From the NCBI RefSeq assembly GCF_006345805.1, contig NC_043021.1, forward strand, positions 248,001 to 312,000: a DNA stretch of 64,000 bases. The letters are read 5' to 3'. The DNA comes from Octopus sinensis. Taxonomy: Eukaryota. The position numbers and the translations under genes were made by a program. The notes beneath the pieces are model-generated. The model saw only the letters and a program-made list of their open reading frames with translations. It was not told where the DNA came from and did no database searches. This document shows positions 40,281 through 52,959 of the stretch, piece after piece. Within the stretch, counting starts at the first letter, position 1, and every line of letters begins with the position of its first letter.

Positions 40281-41344
40281 CAAGAATATATGCACCTCTT
40301 TGTGGTAAAGTGTTAATGCGTGCCTAGAACTGTTAGGAAACAATTCTAATTGTCATTGTTTTTATAATAAAGATGTCGTGTCACAGCACATTTTCAATTT
40401 TATTCAATGTAAATCGAAAAGAAAAAGAAAATTTGTTGCTTGAAACATTAGTTTGCAAAGAGGTGAAGGGCTGGTAGTTACCCACCCTATGAACGGATCC
40501 CTTCCAAATAAATTTAGAAAGGTTTTGATAGAAACTTCTATTGAATTTTAATTAAACGTTACCGTTACAACAAACAAAACAAGCAGAAGCGTTGTAAACT
40601 TTCTTTACATTTGGCGAGATTTAAACATCGGTGAAGATTAAAATGACAATATCCATAGTGATAAACTATGCTGCTAATTACTGAAAGTATAATCAACTCC
40701 TCTTTAATCATAAAAGAATTGGTGAACAACATCGTCAGTCAAGTATTTATCTTAATCACTTGCAAAGTATCATTCAATCCTACGTCGTGTTAGCATCATT
40801 TTATAATGGAGAGGGACAAATAGGATTTTACTTTTATTTATTTTCTATACGAATCTTTTGCTTTGGTTTCTTTTTTATTGTTTTAACAATTGAAACGGAA
40901 TGTGGTGCTTGTGATCTTACTGCAAGACCTTCCAAGTAGAAATCGGTGACCTGATATGAGGCCTGCTCCACAGTGGATTCTGCTAAAATCTACAAAGTCC
41001 AGTAGAGTGACATTAATTCTACAACCACTTTCAAGACAGAGAGAGTACAATCAAGACTCTTTGACTTGAAAAGGTGTGCGATAACCAGAAAGTATAACAG
41101 AAAACATGTACACCAAATGCCACTCCATGATATCGGATAGGGAAAGACGGGGTTGCGAAGAGAAAACTTCTTAACCACAAGACTATGTCGGTTTTTGATT
41201 AGAATATTTGAACTCCAATGACAGCCTGTATGATTTTAGATGAAAGAAAAGATTTAACAGGGAGCCTTAAACGAACAAAGAGGAATTACTTTTAACAGAA
41301 GCTGAGTTTATATTTGTCCTCAGTCCCACAGCTAAATATATAAG

Positions 41345-41473
<129 letters not shown>

Positions 41474-41489
41474 GACACATGCACACGCA

Positions 41490-41711
41490 TACGAGGCGAG
41501 GCTGAAATGTTCCTGGCTTTGGGTAAAAGAAAAAAACAGGAGGATCAGTGAATTAGGATTTTATTCAACATATTCCCCTCCCAGATTCACACACTTATTG
41601 CAGCGGTCCTTCAGTTTTTCTTAGCCCTGTAAAAGAACTCGGAAGGTTGGGCCTCCAGACAGGCCTTTTGTGATACCTTTAAAGCTAGGAACTTTTCTGC
41701 AACCCCTTATA
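41490..41711 (+). mobile_element. Mariner-type MITE, copy 2
   Basis: TACGAGGCGAGGCTGAAATGTTCCTGGCTTT ... AAAGCTAGGAACTTTTCTGCAACCCCTTATA; interior homologous to copy 1. Confidence 0.85.
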
Positions 41712-42735
41712 TCTGACCACAGTTTCAACAAAACGTACAACTATTGTATTACCAACAAACATATTATTACTTACAATAAATTTAGTATCAAGCTACAATA
41801 ATAGTATTATCGATGCTGCATTTGAGAGAGAGACACACACACACACATGAACAACCCAAGGCACCGCATAACCGTCCCTGTGCTGCTTACAAGATTTAGT
41901 AAATTTGGGACTTTTATAATCTGGTAATTAATAATTTCTTAGAGGGGCACAAGGTCAAAATTTTAGATTGAGCGATGAGGTGATCAATTATATCGATCCC
42001 AGTATTTGACTGGTACTCTTGTTGTATCAATCCGAGGAAGATGAAAGCGAAAGTTCACTTCTGGCGGAAACTGTACTGAAAGCGTAAAGAGCCAGAACAA
42101 TCAGCGTAAGACAATTTGTTTGACGCTCTATCGATTCTGCTAATCTAGCGCGGCGCTCTACTAATTAATAATACAATTAAATCACACACAATACTGTAAT
42201 GTATGCACATTGTTATACAAACATTGTGTGCCTGTGGCTTTTATCAACTTAAATAGATCGGCATTTTCCTCTTATTTACCAACGTCTTCGGAATAACTCC
42301 CACCCTCTCTCTCTCCCTCCTTCTCTCTCTCTCTCCCCTCTTCTCTCTTTCCCTCCCTCTCTGTCTCTCTCCGTCTGTCTATCTCTGCCTCCACCTACCT
42401 CCTTCTTTGTTTACCTGTCGCTCACTCTACCAGTGGCGCCCTCCTCCTGTAGATAGATCTCACTACTGACAACCTTCACTTTTCCCTTCACAGCAATTCT
42501 ACTTCCGTTTCATGTTTCCTTACTCCATTGCTCACCTATTAGCAGAAGAATGGTAAATTAAAGCACCAACAATCCCCCCCATCTCTCTCTCTCTCTCTCC
42601 CTCTCTCTCTCTCTCTCTCCCTCTCTCTTTCTCTCTCTCTCTCTCTCACACACACTCCCACCCTGTCTATATTTGAATGATGTGTGTGAACACATATACA
42701 TACATACATACATACATACATACATACATACATAC

Positions 42736-42770
<35 letters not shown>

Positions 42771-43189
42771 TATGCTATTTATGTATGTATGCATAAATGG
42801 TGTATGAATGTATGTATGTATATTCTTCCCTTTCTCTCACATCAACAAATATCCCAACTCTCACACTCTCGGAGAGTCTCGAGGAAAGAATAGATAGACA
42901 GACAGACAGACATAGATAGAAACGCCATCTACAGCCCATTTCCCCACCTACCTTCAAATCTACTCCACACACCTCTATCAATCTTTCCATCAACCCCTCC
43001 ACCCATTTGCCTATCTACACACATACCTACATCACGTTCTCCTCCGTCTCCACCAAAACCACCACCACCACCAATAACCATATATTGGCTTTTAAGTTTT
43101 CAATACAATGCTTTGCTTGATGTATATGTGTGTGAATTTGTGTATATAGATACATACGCATATATATATACACATACATACATATACAC

Positions 43190-43660
43190 ACCATATGTAT
43201 TATGTATTATGTATGTATGTATGTTATGTATTATGTATGTATGTATGCTTGAATGTATGTATGTATGTATGTATGTATGTATGTATGTATGTATGTATGT
43301 GTATGTATGTATGTATGTATGTATGTATGTATGTATGTATGTATGTGTATGTATGTATGTATGTATGTATGTGTGTATGTATGTATGTATGTATGTATGT
43401 ATGTATGTATGTTGTATGTATGTATGTATGTATGTATGTATGTATATATGTATGTATGTGTGTGTATGTATGTATGTATATATGTATGTATGTATGTGTG
43501 TGTATGTATGTATGTATGTATGTATGTATGTATGTATGTATGTATGTAGGTATGCTTGTATGTATATATGTATGTATGTATGTGTGTGTATGTATGTATG
43601 TTGTATGTATGTATGTATGTATGTATGTATGTATGTGCGTATGTATGTGCGTATGTATGT
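43190..43660. repeat. Long (TATG)n tetranucleotide array
   Basis: Direct reading; explains the 209-aa MYVC ORF. Confidence 0.95.
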
Positions 43661-44484
43661 TCTGCCGTTATATTTGCTAGATATTTATTTCTATTCTTAT
43701 AACAAAGCACATTTATGTAAACTGATATCAAATTATTTTTAAAGCTAACTTCCAGTTTTAGAACTCTTTGTTTAACTTTTTCCCTTTTTTTCTTTATTCA
43801 ATGCAAAAAGACCGTAACAGACTTCTCGATATTATCAGGTTCTGTTTTTTTTCCCATTATTTTCAGGTAATTTCTATATTTCACTCATTCCTACACAAGA
43901 AATAATTTAGGTTACGTAATCCTCTTCTTATATCCGCTGATGATGGCATCACGGTTAGTTTACTGCTGCGAGTGACGGAAACACGAACTTGTGTCCGGAG
44001 AAGGTCAGTTTAATACACGTATATATTTACCTTAATATATATATGGTATAATTGTATATTTTAGTTTCCACATGTTTTTATCTACCCTAATGGGTGGACA
44101 AAAAGGAATAGGCACCTGCTATGAAAGGATGGCGGTGTGTAAGAATCGCTAGAATGCTGGAGAAACTGTCTTGGAGCTATTTTTTCTGTCCCTTTACATT
44201 CTGCATTAAATCCTGTCAGGAATGTTGCCTTTTATGTCTGGGGTTCGATGAAATGCATTAGCTGGTGTCTAGTAGGTATTGGCCAATGTAATCGAGTCCT
44301 TCTCTCTCCACAAATGTTTGACCTTGTGTCTATGTAAGAAGCAGTCGCAAGATTGTTCTGAACGTCATCAATTCATTTCATTTTTTGCAAAGACGTTTTG
44401 TATCGCAAAAGTGTTTCTGCTGTATTTGCGCGATTCTTATTATCTTATTATACCTGCTATTGAATGCATGTCGGCATATATATA

Positions 44485-44690
44485 TACGAGGGGTGCTGAA
44501 AACTCCCTGGCTTTAAGAGTTTTATGAAAGGTCTAGTTTTAGGCCTAACCTTCCGGGTTCTTTAACAGAGCTTTAGAAAAACTAAAGGACCACTGAGAGG
44601 GGAATATGCTGAATAAAATCATAATTAAATAATCCTCTTGTATTTTCCTTTACCCAAAACCAGGAACCCTTCAGTCCTCCCCTCAATGTA
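44485..44690 (-). mobile_element. Mariner-type MITE, copy 3 (opposite orientation)
   Basis: TACGAGGGGTGCTGAAAACTCCCTGGCTTT left TIR; interior is the reverse complement of copies 1 and 2 (…TTTACCCAAAACCAGGAAC…). Confidence 0.8.
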
Positions 44691-45404
44691 TATATATGTG
44701 TGTGTGTGTGTGGTGTGTGTGTGTGTGTGTGTGTGCATGGGTTTATATATATATATGTATGTTTTTTTTTATAAATTTGTGTACGTGTCTGCGTTTATGT
44801 GTATGTATATACACCGTAATGACAACAAACATGAAAACGGGACGAGACAGGAAGTACAGAATTTCAAATTTAAAAAGAATGATATTAGTCTCAGACTTCA
44901 ATGGGAATCACTACAAAGTATTTTTTTCATTTTTTTTTTTTTTTTTTCAATTTTTAATGTTGATCATTGTGTATAATTTAGCTTTATAAAGCAGAATGAA
45001 TGCATGAATAAAATTTAGAAACCTCATAATTATATTTATTGTCACCAATGGAAAACTTTCGACTTGTTTATTTACGGATAGAATAAACTTCTTTAACCTT
45101 GTTTTATATGACTCTGTAAAGTTGACTGAAAGCTCGATTAAATCTCTCTTTTTAGATAAGCTGTGTGATAGATTAACTGATGGGAATCAGAATAGAACTG
45201 AAACATCAGCTGTGAAACGTTTGGCGGTGAAACATATTGAACGCGAAGAATCTGAAGAACAAATATATTTAGAAATCTAATAAATTCATTCATTTAACCT
45301 CTTGAAATATAAATTTTTGCATATTGCATATATTAAATTAATTAATCTAACGTCCTTCATATTTGAATTGCATAAGGGCATTGTTTATATTGTTTTCAAC
45401 TCTA

Positions 45405-45590
45405 GGTAGGCACAAGGTCGAAAATTTGGGGGAAGGGGGCCAGTCAATTGGATTGACCTCAGTACACCACTGGTACTTAATTTATCGACCCCAAAAGGAT
45501 GACAGGCAAAGTCGACCTCGGCAGAATTTGAACTCAGAACGTAAAGACAGACGAAATACCACTAAGCATTTCGCCCGGCGTGCTAACTCA
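45405..45590 (-). mobile_element. SINE family A
   Basis: GGCAAAGTCGACCTCGGCAGAATTTGAACTCAGAACGTAAAGACAGACGAAATACC...GCCCGGCGTGCTAAC. Confidence 0.85.
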
Positions 45591-46179
45591 CCGACTTGGA
45601 CATTATTTATATTGAGCACATATTCGGGTATAATTGTGTGTGTGTGTTTGTGTGTGTGTGTGTGCGTGCGTGCGTGCGTGTGTCTATATGTATCTGTACA
45701 TATACAAGATATATTTACATACACATATATGTATACACATACATACGCACACATACTTATATGTACGCACACACATATACATATATATACATATATCTAT
45801 ATGCATAGACAAGTACTCATGCATGCTCACGCGCACACAGATGAGGTGGATTTGTCCCACACCCAAGTAACTTTAATGAAGAGTCGTACCTCTAATCAAA
45901 TGTGCTGAGATCCACTTTCTTTCACATGTTCACTCACCTAACTCGTACACACGCACGCGTGTGTCTGTGTGTGTGTGTGTGGTGTGTGTGTGTGTGTGTG
46001 TGTGTTTGTGCATGTGTGTGTGTGCGAGCGTGTGTGCGTGTGTGTGTATGTATATCTAGCATTTTATGTCCGCTTTTTTATGCTGGGGCACATGCAAAGA
46101 CACACATATCATTGTACTACTATCACCACCAGCACCACTACCACTGCCACACAATACACCAACCATCCAACTACTACTA

Positions 46180-46224
46180 CTATCACTACTACTACTACTA
46201 CTACTACTCTACTACTACTACTAC

Positions 46225-46318
<94 letters not shown>
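46180..46318. repeat. (TAC)n-(TAA)n compound repeat
   Basis: Direct reading. Confidence 0.95.
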
Positions 46319-46319
<1 letters not shown>

Positions 46320-47264
46320 ATTTCCGAAAGATCTACAAGTGTAACCCGTCACAACGACCTCCACCGCCACGTTTCTCTTTCAGTCATTCCTACTTCACCC
46401 TCACCACAACAACCATCAACACCACTAAACCAGCACCAAATTCTATACACCACTCACCTACATACACACTCAACCACCCATACACCCACCCTGCCATACA
46501 CCTCGCTTTTTTATTCACCACTTTTTTTAACAGTATTATGTGTCACGTGGTGACGGCGGCGGCGGCGGCGGTGACGGTGAGGTGGTGGCGAAGGTGATGG
46601 TAGTTGTGATGGTTGCGGTGGTGGTGGTTGTGGTGGTGGTGGTGAAGGCGGTGGTGAAATTAGCGTTGTGTGGTAATTCTGAAGTGTTAAGGAACAAAGG
46701 TTAGAGGTTGGGGGAGATAGAGGTGGGCGAGGGGGGTAAATGATCGATAGATCGATAAAAGAAATTGAGAGTGAGGTGTAGAATTCGACAACGTCTCTAA
46801 CATGGTGCTGGTGGCGGGGTGGATGAGAAAGGGAGAGGGGAGTGTGGGTGGTGAGGTGGCGGCAGCGAAAGTAGAAGTAGTAGCAATGTATATGTGGTGG
46901 AGTGGGTGATGAATGTGGGGAGTAGGAGTAGCGGTAGAGGGGAGAGTAGATGTGAGGGTGGTGGTTGCTGAAATCATGCTGGGGGGGGAGAAAGTGTATT
47001 TAATTGTTGTTCATGATAATAATGATGGTGATGATGTTGATAGCGATGATGATGATGATGTTACTACTATAGGGGTGGTGGTGGAGGAGGTGGTGACGGT
47101 GTGTGTTGCCTGTGTTTTTCTTTAACACCAAGGCTTGCCCTTACCAATCCAACCGTGACTATCATGCACTTTTGTGCATCAAAAAGAGATGATACAAAGA
47201 GGTGACACAGGTAGAGGTAGTTGTTTACGACTGTTCTTTTTCTTTTCCTTGCTGTACGTGTATT

Positions 47265-47349
47265 AGTACTAGCAGTAGTAGTAGTAGTAGTAGTAGTAGT
47301 AATAGTAGTAGTAGTAGCAGCAGCAGCAGCAGCAGCAGTAGTACTAGTG

Positions 47350-47396
<47 letters not shown>

Positions 47397-47405
47397 TGTT
47401 GTTGT
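47265..47405. repeat. (GTA)n/(GCA)n/(GTT)n compound repeat
   Basis: Direct reading. Confidence 0.95.
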
Positions 47406-48200
47406 TGATGTTTGTGACTGTTGATATTAAACAACCTAATTAATAACTATATTTCCATATTTCCGTATTTAGGTCAGATAGTTTCTTCAAGCCATCAAAT
47501 CAGTAGTAGTAGTAGTAGTAGTAGTAGTAGTCATACATGACATTAAATTCTGGGTAAAATGTCCGGTTCCTGTAGTTAAGAATTTGTCTATCTATGCAAC
47601 CTTACTTGTGCGTATGTATGTGTGTGTATTTACACAAACACTCACATATATGTACACATATATATTTGCACGTGTATACATGTATCTATAGCTATTTATG
47701 TTAGCGCGTGTATATATATATATATATATATATGTGTGGTGTGTGTGTGTGTGTGTGCGTCCGTACATATGCATCTATTTATGTACATATATATATACAT
47801 GAGAGTGTCTGTGTATGTATGCATGTGTGCATGTATACAGGTATGCATGAATGTATACATGCTTGTATGTGTATACATGTATGCATGTATGCATACCTGC
47901 ATCCATTCATGTATGCATGTATGTATATATATATATTAATCTATGTAAGTATATGTATGTAAGTATGTATGCATGCATGCCTGTATGTATGCATACATAT
48001 ATGTATGTATGTATGCATGTATGTATGTATGCGCAATATATTTTCTTCTATTATTTCCCGTAAAACATTTAGAGTACCCCACCATCATCGCCAGGTATGT
48101 GTAAAATCCAAGGATTGTTGCTAATCTCTTTATTGCTAACTAGCAATGCACCTTGGAGTTGCTCGGGAGTTATGCCCTACAGCCACATTGTATTACATAT

Positions 48201-48282
<82 letters not shown>

Positions 48283-48335
48283 GAAAAAAGAAGTCAAAAA
48301 TAGAAAATGCTAAGATGATTTTATAGTGAATCTTT

Positions 48336-48373
48336 CAGTACCGGTTTCGGTCATTTTGAGACCTTTTCAACTG
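48336..48373 (-). ncRNA. Degenerate minimal hammerhead-like motif
   Basis: cag-TTGAAAA-GGTC-tcaaaat-GACC-GAAA-CCGG-TA-ctg: helices I, II and palindromic III all pair; core has C3>U and G8>A. Confidence 0.45.
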
Positions 48374-48724
48374 TAACGATTAAATAATTAAATTTAGAAA
48401 AATTAGAAGAAAAGTTTTTTTAAAAGAATATTTCTGTAGTAGTGTTCAGATATAAGTAGCATTCTGCCTTTCTCTGACTCCCTTGTTTGCACTTGTGTGT
48501 TCGAGGTCGTTTATATATGTATGCATATATATATGCACTCAGTTTTCGAGTTCAAGCAGAACGTACGCACCACACAAAATGCACTCCAGCGTTGCCCGGG
48601 GTTGTTGATAACAATAACATACATACATACTTATATACATACATACATGCATACATACATAATATGTAAAGAAATTGAATATAGAAATAAAATTGCAGGT
48701 GATATAGCTTGCTCTGTCTTTTTG

Positions 48725-48765
<41 letters not shown>

Positions 48766-48984
48766 TTCTCTCTGTACACACACACATATCGGGTAATATG
48801 GATTAATGGATCCGGGAAGATATCTTGGAAGCACTCAGTGGTTAGGTGGACATAGTCAACTTCATAAATCAGAGGCCAACAGATCAAAAACAGATTCAAC
48901 AATCACAGTAATTCCTCCAGTGGGATAAGTAAATCGAAAGATTGCTTAGAAGAATTTCAAGAAATCCTTAATACATTAATAACC

Positions 48985-49187
48985 TTTCTACTCCAGGCAG
49001 GGGGCTTAAAATTCGGGGAAGGGTGTAAGTCAATTACATCGACCCCAGTGCGTAACTGGTATTTATTTAATCGACCCCGAAAGGCAAAGTCGACCTCGGC
49101 AGAATTTGAACTCACAGCATAAAGACGGACGAAATGCCGCTAAGCATTTTTCCCGGTCTATTTATGATTCTGCCAGCACGCCGCCTT
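48985..49187 (-). mobile_element. SINE family A
   Basis: CGACCCCAGTGCGTAACTGG...GGCAAAGTCGACCTCGGCAGAATTTGAACTC...CTGCCAGCACGCCGCCTT. Confidence 0.85.
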
Positions 49188-49509
49188 AAAGAGTATATTA
49201 ATAACAATAACAAGACTGGAGAACCTCACATCTCTATTTCATGCTTACATCATACATGTCCAACGATCGTTTTCATTGCGTCAGCATTTTTAGATTTAGA
49301 TAATAAAAAAAAAACACCTTTAAATATTTCAAAAGTAAACTGCACTTTCCTTACAAGTGCTTTTCTTGTTATTTAATAAGCGTAATTTTCCAAAAACATT
49401 TTAAAATTTAGAAATATTAAAATTTCTAAGTTTCTCTAAAGGAGACTACGGCAGAAGTACTGGAAATTTACAGTTATCGCCAAGCTAATATGGCAATCCA
49501 TAACTACAA

Positions 49510-49792
49510 GACTAAAGCTGGCCTTGATTAGCTCCAACAGGCCATCGCCTCTAGCTATATGACACACGAACCTGTGTCCATTATAACCTTCGAACAGGGG
49601 AGGTCAGCCGCTTCCCCTTGCTGGTCAGACATCTGCAGACATGTTTCAGGGTATTTGCCCTTTTATCAATGCAGAGTAGCCAGGAAGCGGCTGACCTTCC
49701 CTGCTCGAAGGTTATAATGGACACAAGTTTGTGCGTCATATAGCTAGCTAGAGGCAATGGCCTCTTGGAGCTAATCAACGGCAGATTAAGTC
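49510..49792. repeat. Long imperfect inverted repeat (fold-back)
   Basis: 49524-49615 is the reverse complement of 49683-49778 with about 7 substitutions and one 4-nt indel; 67-nt spacer; outer GACT...AGTC extension. Confidence 0.95.
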
Positions 49793-50571
49793 TTATATTT
49801 ATGGATTGCCATATTAGCTTGGCGATAACTGTTAATTTTAAAATTTATTTTTAACATAAATAAACAACGAGATAAATAAATGTACGGATACGGTCTTTCT
49901 GTGTTTATATTTTTATTCTTTCGTTGACCATTGACGTCATCGTAAGTTTCAATCCAAACTGGTCTTTCTTAGCAGAAACACTTCTTAACGCTCTTTTCGG
50001 CTGCGTTCTTTACCTCCATATTTTATGGCCAATTATCAGCTCTTTTAGGATTCAGACTGTAATGGATTGCATTCATAACATTCTGTTCGCATAAATTTTA
50101 CATACATTAAATCGATCAAACAGGGATCGATTTGTATTTTGTAGTTTTGGCTACTGTATCGAAAACTGCTCACGCAATAGAAATCATCGCTAGACTTATA
50201 CGGTGAGTTCCACAATTAAAAAAGCGATATTCTCCATTCTTGACGATGTTCTTTTATATTTATTAGCAACAGAGGCAGTATTGATACCACCGTGGATGTT
50301 CTTTCAGAACAAACTATACTGTGGTAGATACCACGAGGGAAACACTCAAAATACCTCTCATAAACAACAGTGCATTTTGCAGCAAAAGCCATTATCAGGG
50401 TTCCTCTCATGTTATATACCGCAGTATTGTTTGTTCTAACGGAACATTCACGTTTAAGTGGGGATATTAACCCTCGCCCTCTCTTTCTCTCTTTCTCGCT
50501 CTCTCTCCCTCTCTCCTCACATATACAGATACACTTCATATGTATATGCGTGTGTATATATGTATATATAC

Positions 50572-50644
<73 letters not shown>

Positions 50645-50664
50645 TCTCTCCTTGTTTCTTTCTG

Positions 50665-50790
50665 TTCCTTTCTGTGGAAGAGCATAGGCTCGAAACGTTA
50701 AAGACTTTTTCGCTTCTCGAGCATTAAACTAATACATCTGTTTGTTGTCTACACCACCTGTCTTCGTCTTTGGTTTTTTTTGTGGATCCC
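50665..50790 (+). mobile_element. Penelope-like non-autonomous repeat with hammerhead-like core
   Basis: cttt-CTGTGGA-A-GAGC-atag-GCTC-GAAA-CG-TT-aaag at 50668-50703. Confidence 0.55.
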
Positions 50791-50893
50791 CACCCCATAT
50801 ATATATGTCTTCTACTACAGCCCGGACCGACAAAACCCTTGTGAGTGGATTTGGTAAAGGGAAAGTGAAAGAAGCCCATCGTCCATATATATA

Positions 50894-50936
<43 letters not shown>

Positions 50937-50954
50937 ATATATATATAATATATA

Positions 50955-51000
<46 letters not shown>

Positions 51001-51125
51001 AGAATTCACAAAAAAACAAAAGACGAAGACATGTGGTGTACAAAACAAACAGATGTATTAGTATAACGCTCGGGAAGTGAAAATGTCTTTAACGTTTCGA
51101 GCCTACGCTCTTAGAAAGAGAGAGA
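51001..51125 (-). mobile_element. Same repeat, inverted copy (core partly deleted)
   Basis: Reverse complement aligns to 50665-50790; reads tcttt-CT----A-A-GAGC-gtag-GCTC-GAAA-CG-TT-aaaga. Confidence 0.55.
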
Positions 51126-51359
51126 GAGAGAGAGATGTACGTATATGTGCATGTGTGTCTTTGTGTTTTCCCCTCCCACCATCACCACTTCCTGGCACCT
51201 GCTGCTGCTTTGCTTCCTTAACGTAGCGGTTCGGCAAACGGAGGGGCTAGAATAAATACCAGATTTTAAAAATATGTAGTGGGGTCTATTCATTCGATTA
51301 AAACCCTCCAAGGTAATGCCCCAGCTTGGTGCCAGTCCAATGACTGAAACAAGCAAAAG

Positions 51360-51383
51360 ATCCGACAGACAGACAGACCGACC

Positions 51384-51434
<51 letters not shown>

Positions 51435-51655
51435 TGGTAGGGAGTGAAGGAGGGAAGGAGTTTGCTGTGTGGGTATGTAAGTAGGAAGCTAGGTAGGTAG
51501 GTAGTAGGTAGGTAGGTAGGTAGGTAGGTAGGTAGGTAGGTAGGTAGGTAGGTAGGTAGGTAGGTAGGTAGGTGGGAAGGTAGGTAAGTAGGTAGGTAGG
51601 TAGGTAGGTATGTATGTATGTAGGTAGGTAGGTAGGTAGGTAGGTAGGTACATAT
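51360..51655. repeat. (GACA)n-(GATA)n-(TAGG)n compound repeat
   Basis: Direct reading. Confidence 0.95.
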
Positions 51656-52834
51656 ACCTTACAAATTAAAATAGTATAAAATCTATCCACTGATACCGTT
51701 ATTAAACACGATTATAATTGAAAATGTCAAGTTACATATTACAAACAATTTTAACAACAATGAAATATTTTAAAAACAACGGTTAAAATACTAAAAAGGA
51801 GAAATAAAAACCAAATAACATCTTACATATTTCTATGACGTCAGTAAAACTGTGAACATAATTGAATATCGTAGAAGTAGATTTTAAAAGTGTCTGTGTC
51901 GGTATGAATATTCGCCGTTACAAAAATGTTTAACGGTTTCTTTAACTGAGAAATATTATATTTAATGAGGGCATGTTTTAACACCTCTGCTGTGTAGGTC
52001 ATTTCTGGCAGTCAGCCATGTCTGTCTGTCCCTAATCTACACCTGAAATATAATGCAATATTGACAACAGTAGATATAGTTATCCTAAACCTTATAGTCA
52101 ACACACTGACGACCCCTACAATCGCCATTCCACTGTACAATAGCTATCTTAATCTGCATGTCAATATCCGAGATAAGGAGAGCGTGTGTTCGTTTGATAT
52201 GCTAGAAACAGTAAATCAATCCGTTCACTCAAAACAAGCAGAAACCAAGGCCATCCCTTGAAAGCAATTATCACTTGTTGGTTTGTTCCCCGCATTCAGT
52301 AATTGCTTTCGATGACCGGGACCAGCCATGGACACCTACTTGGCCCTCTCGCTCTTCACGCGATAGTTTGAAGGATAATTACCGACTGCTTATTTCTGTT
52401 GAACAGACACTAGTATGCCTGCTTTGAATGAAGAAACGTTAAATGAAGTGCTTTGTCTAAGGAGGCAATGAACTGCCAGGTACAGGAATTGAACCCACGC
52501 TCTTATGTTCGCGAGCTCTAACTCTAGCTCTACGTCTGTCTTTCATACCTGTATGTCTATACGCTTGTGTATGCATGTCTATAACAGACACATATCACCA
52601 TCATCATCATCATCATCAAAGCCCGATAGCGGTTAAGATACACCTCCCCAGATCTTCTAGCACACCAAGGACTCAAACTTCATTACCCGAACCCCTGACC
52701 ATGATATCTGAATAAGAGAGCTGCCGACTCTAGCCACCAGAGTGGGTTGAGGTCTCCAAGACCCAACAAACTCTGCTCTACAATGATTTGCTGATGATCA
52801 TTGCTAAAGTTCGATAAATTAGTAGTATACCTCA

Positions 52835-52887
<53 letters not shown>

Positions 52888-52959
52888 CATACACCTACAC
52901 ACAAACACACACACACATACAACAGAAACATTTTACTCTCTACATAGAATCTGAGTGTA

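Noticed and set aside
40925-41000. 69-nt minus-strand exon candidate (ILAESTVEQASYQVTDFYLEGLA) with a GCA|GTAAGA donor
   Set aside because: No recognisable homology; in that frame it is phase 0 and does not fit the phase-2 chain proposed downstream.
48097-48303. ORF with a signal-peptide-like start (MCKIQGLLLISLLLTSNAPWSCSG)
   Set aside because: It runs straight into (TA)n with no credible donor site, and its ATG lies within a GTATGT donor-like motif.
52259-52312. GAAAGCAATTA...TAATTGCTTTC 11-bp inverted repeat
   Set aside because: Stem too short for a pre-miRNA and no snoRNA boxes; plausible by chance in AT-rich DNA.
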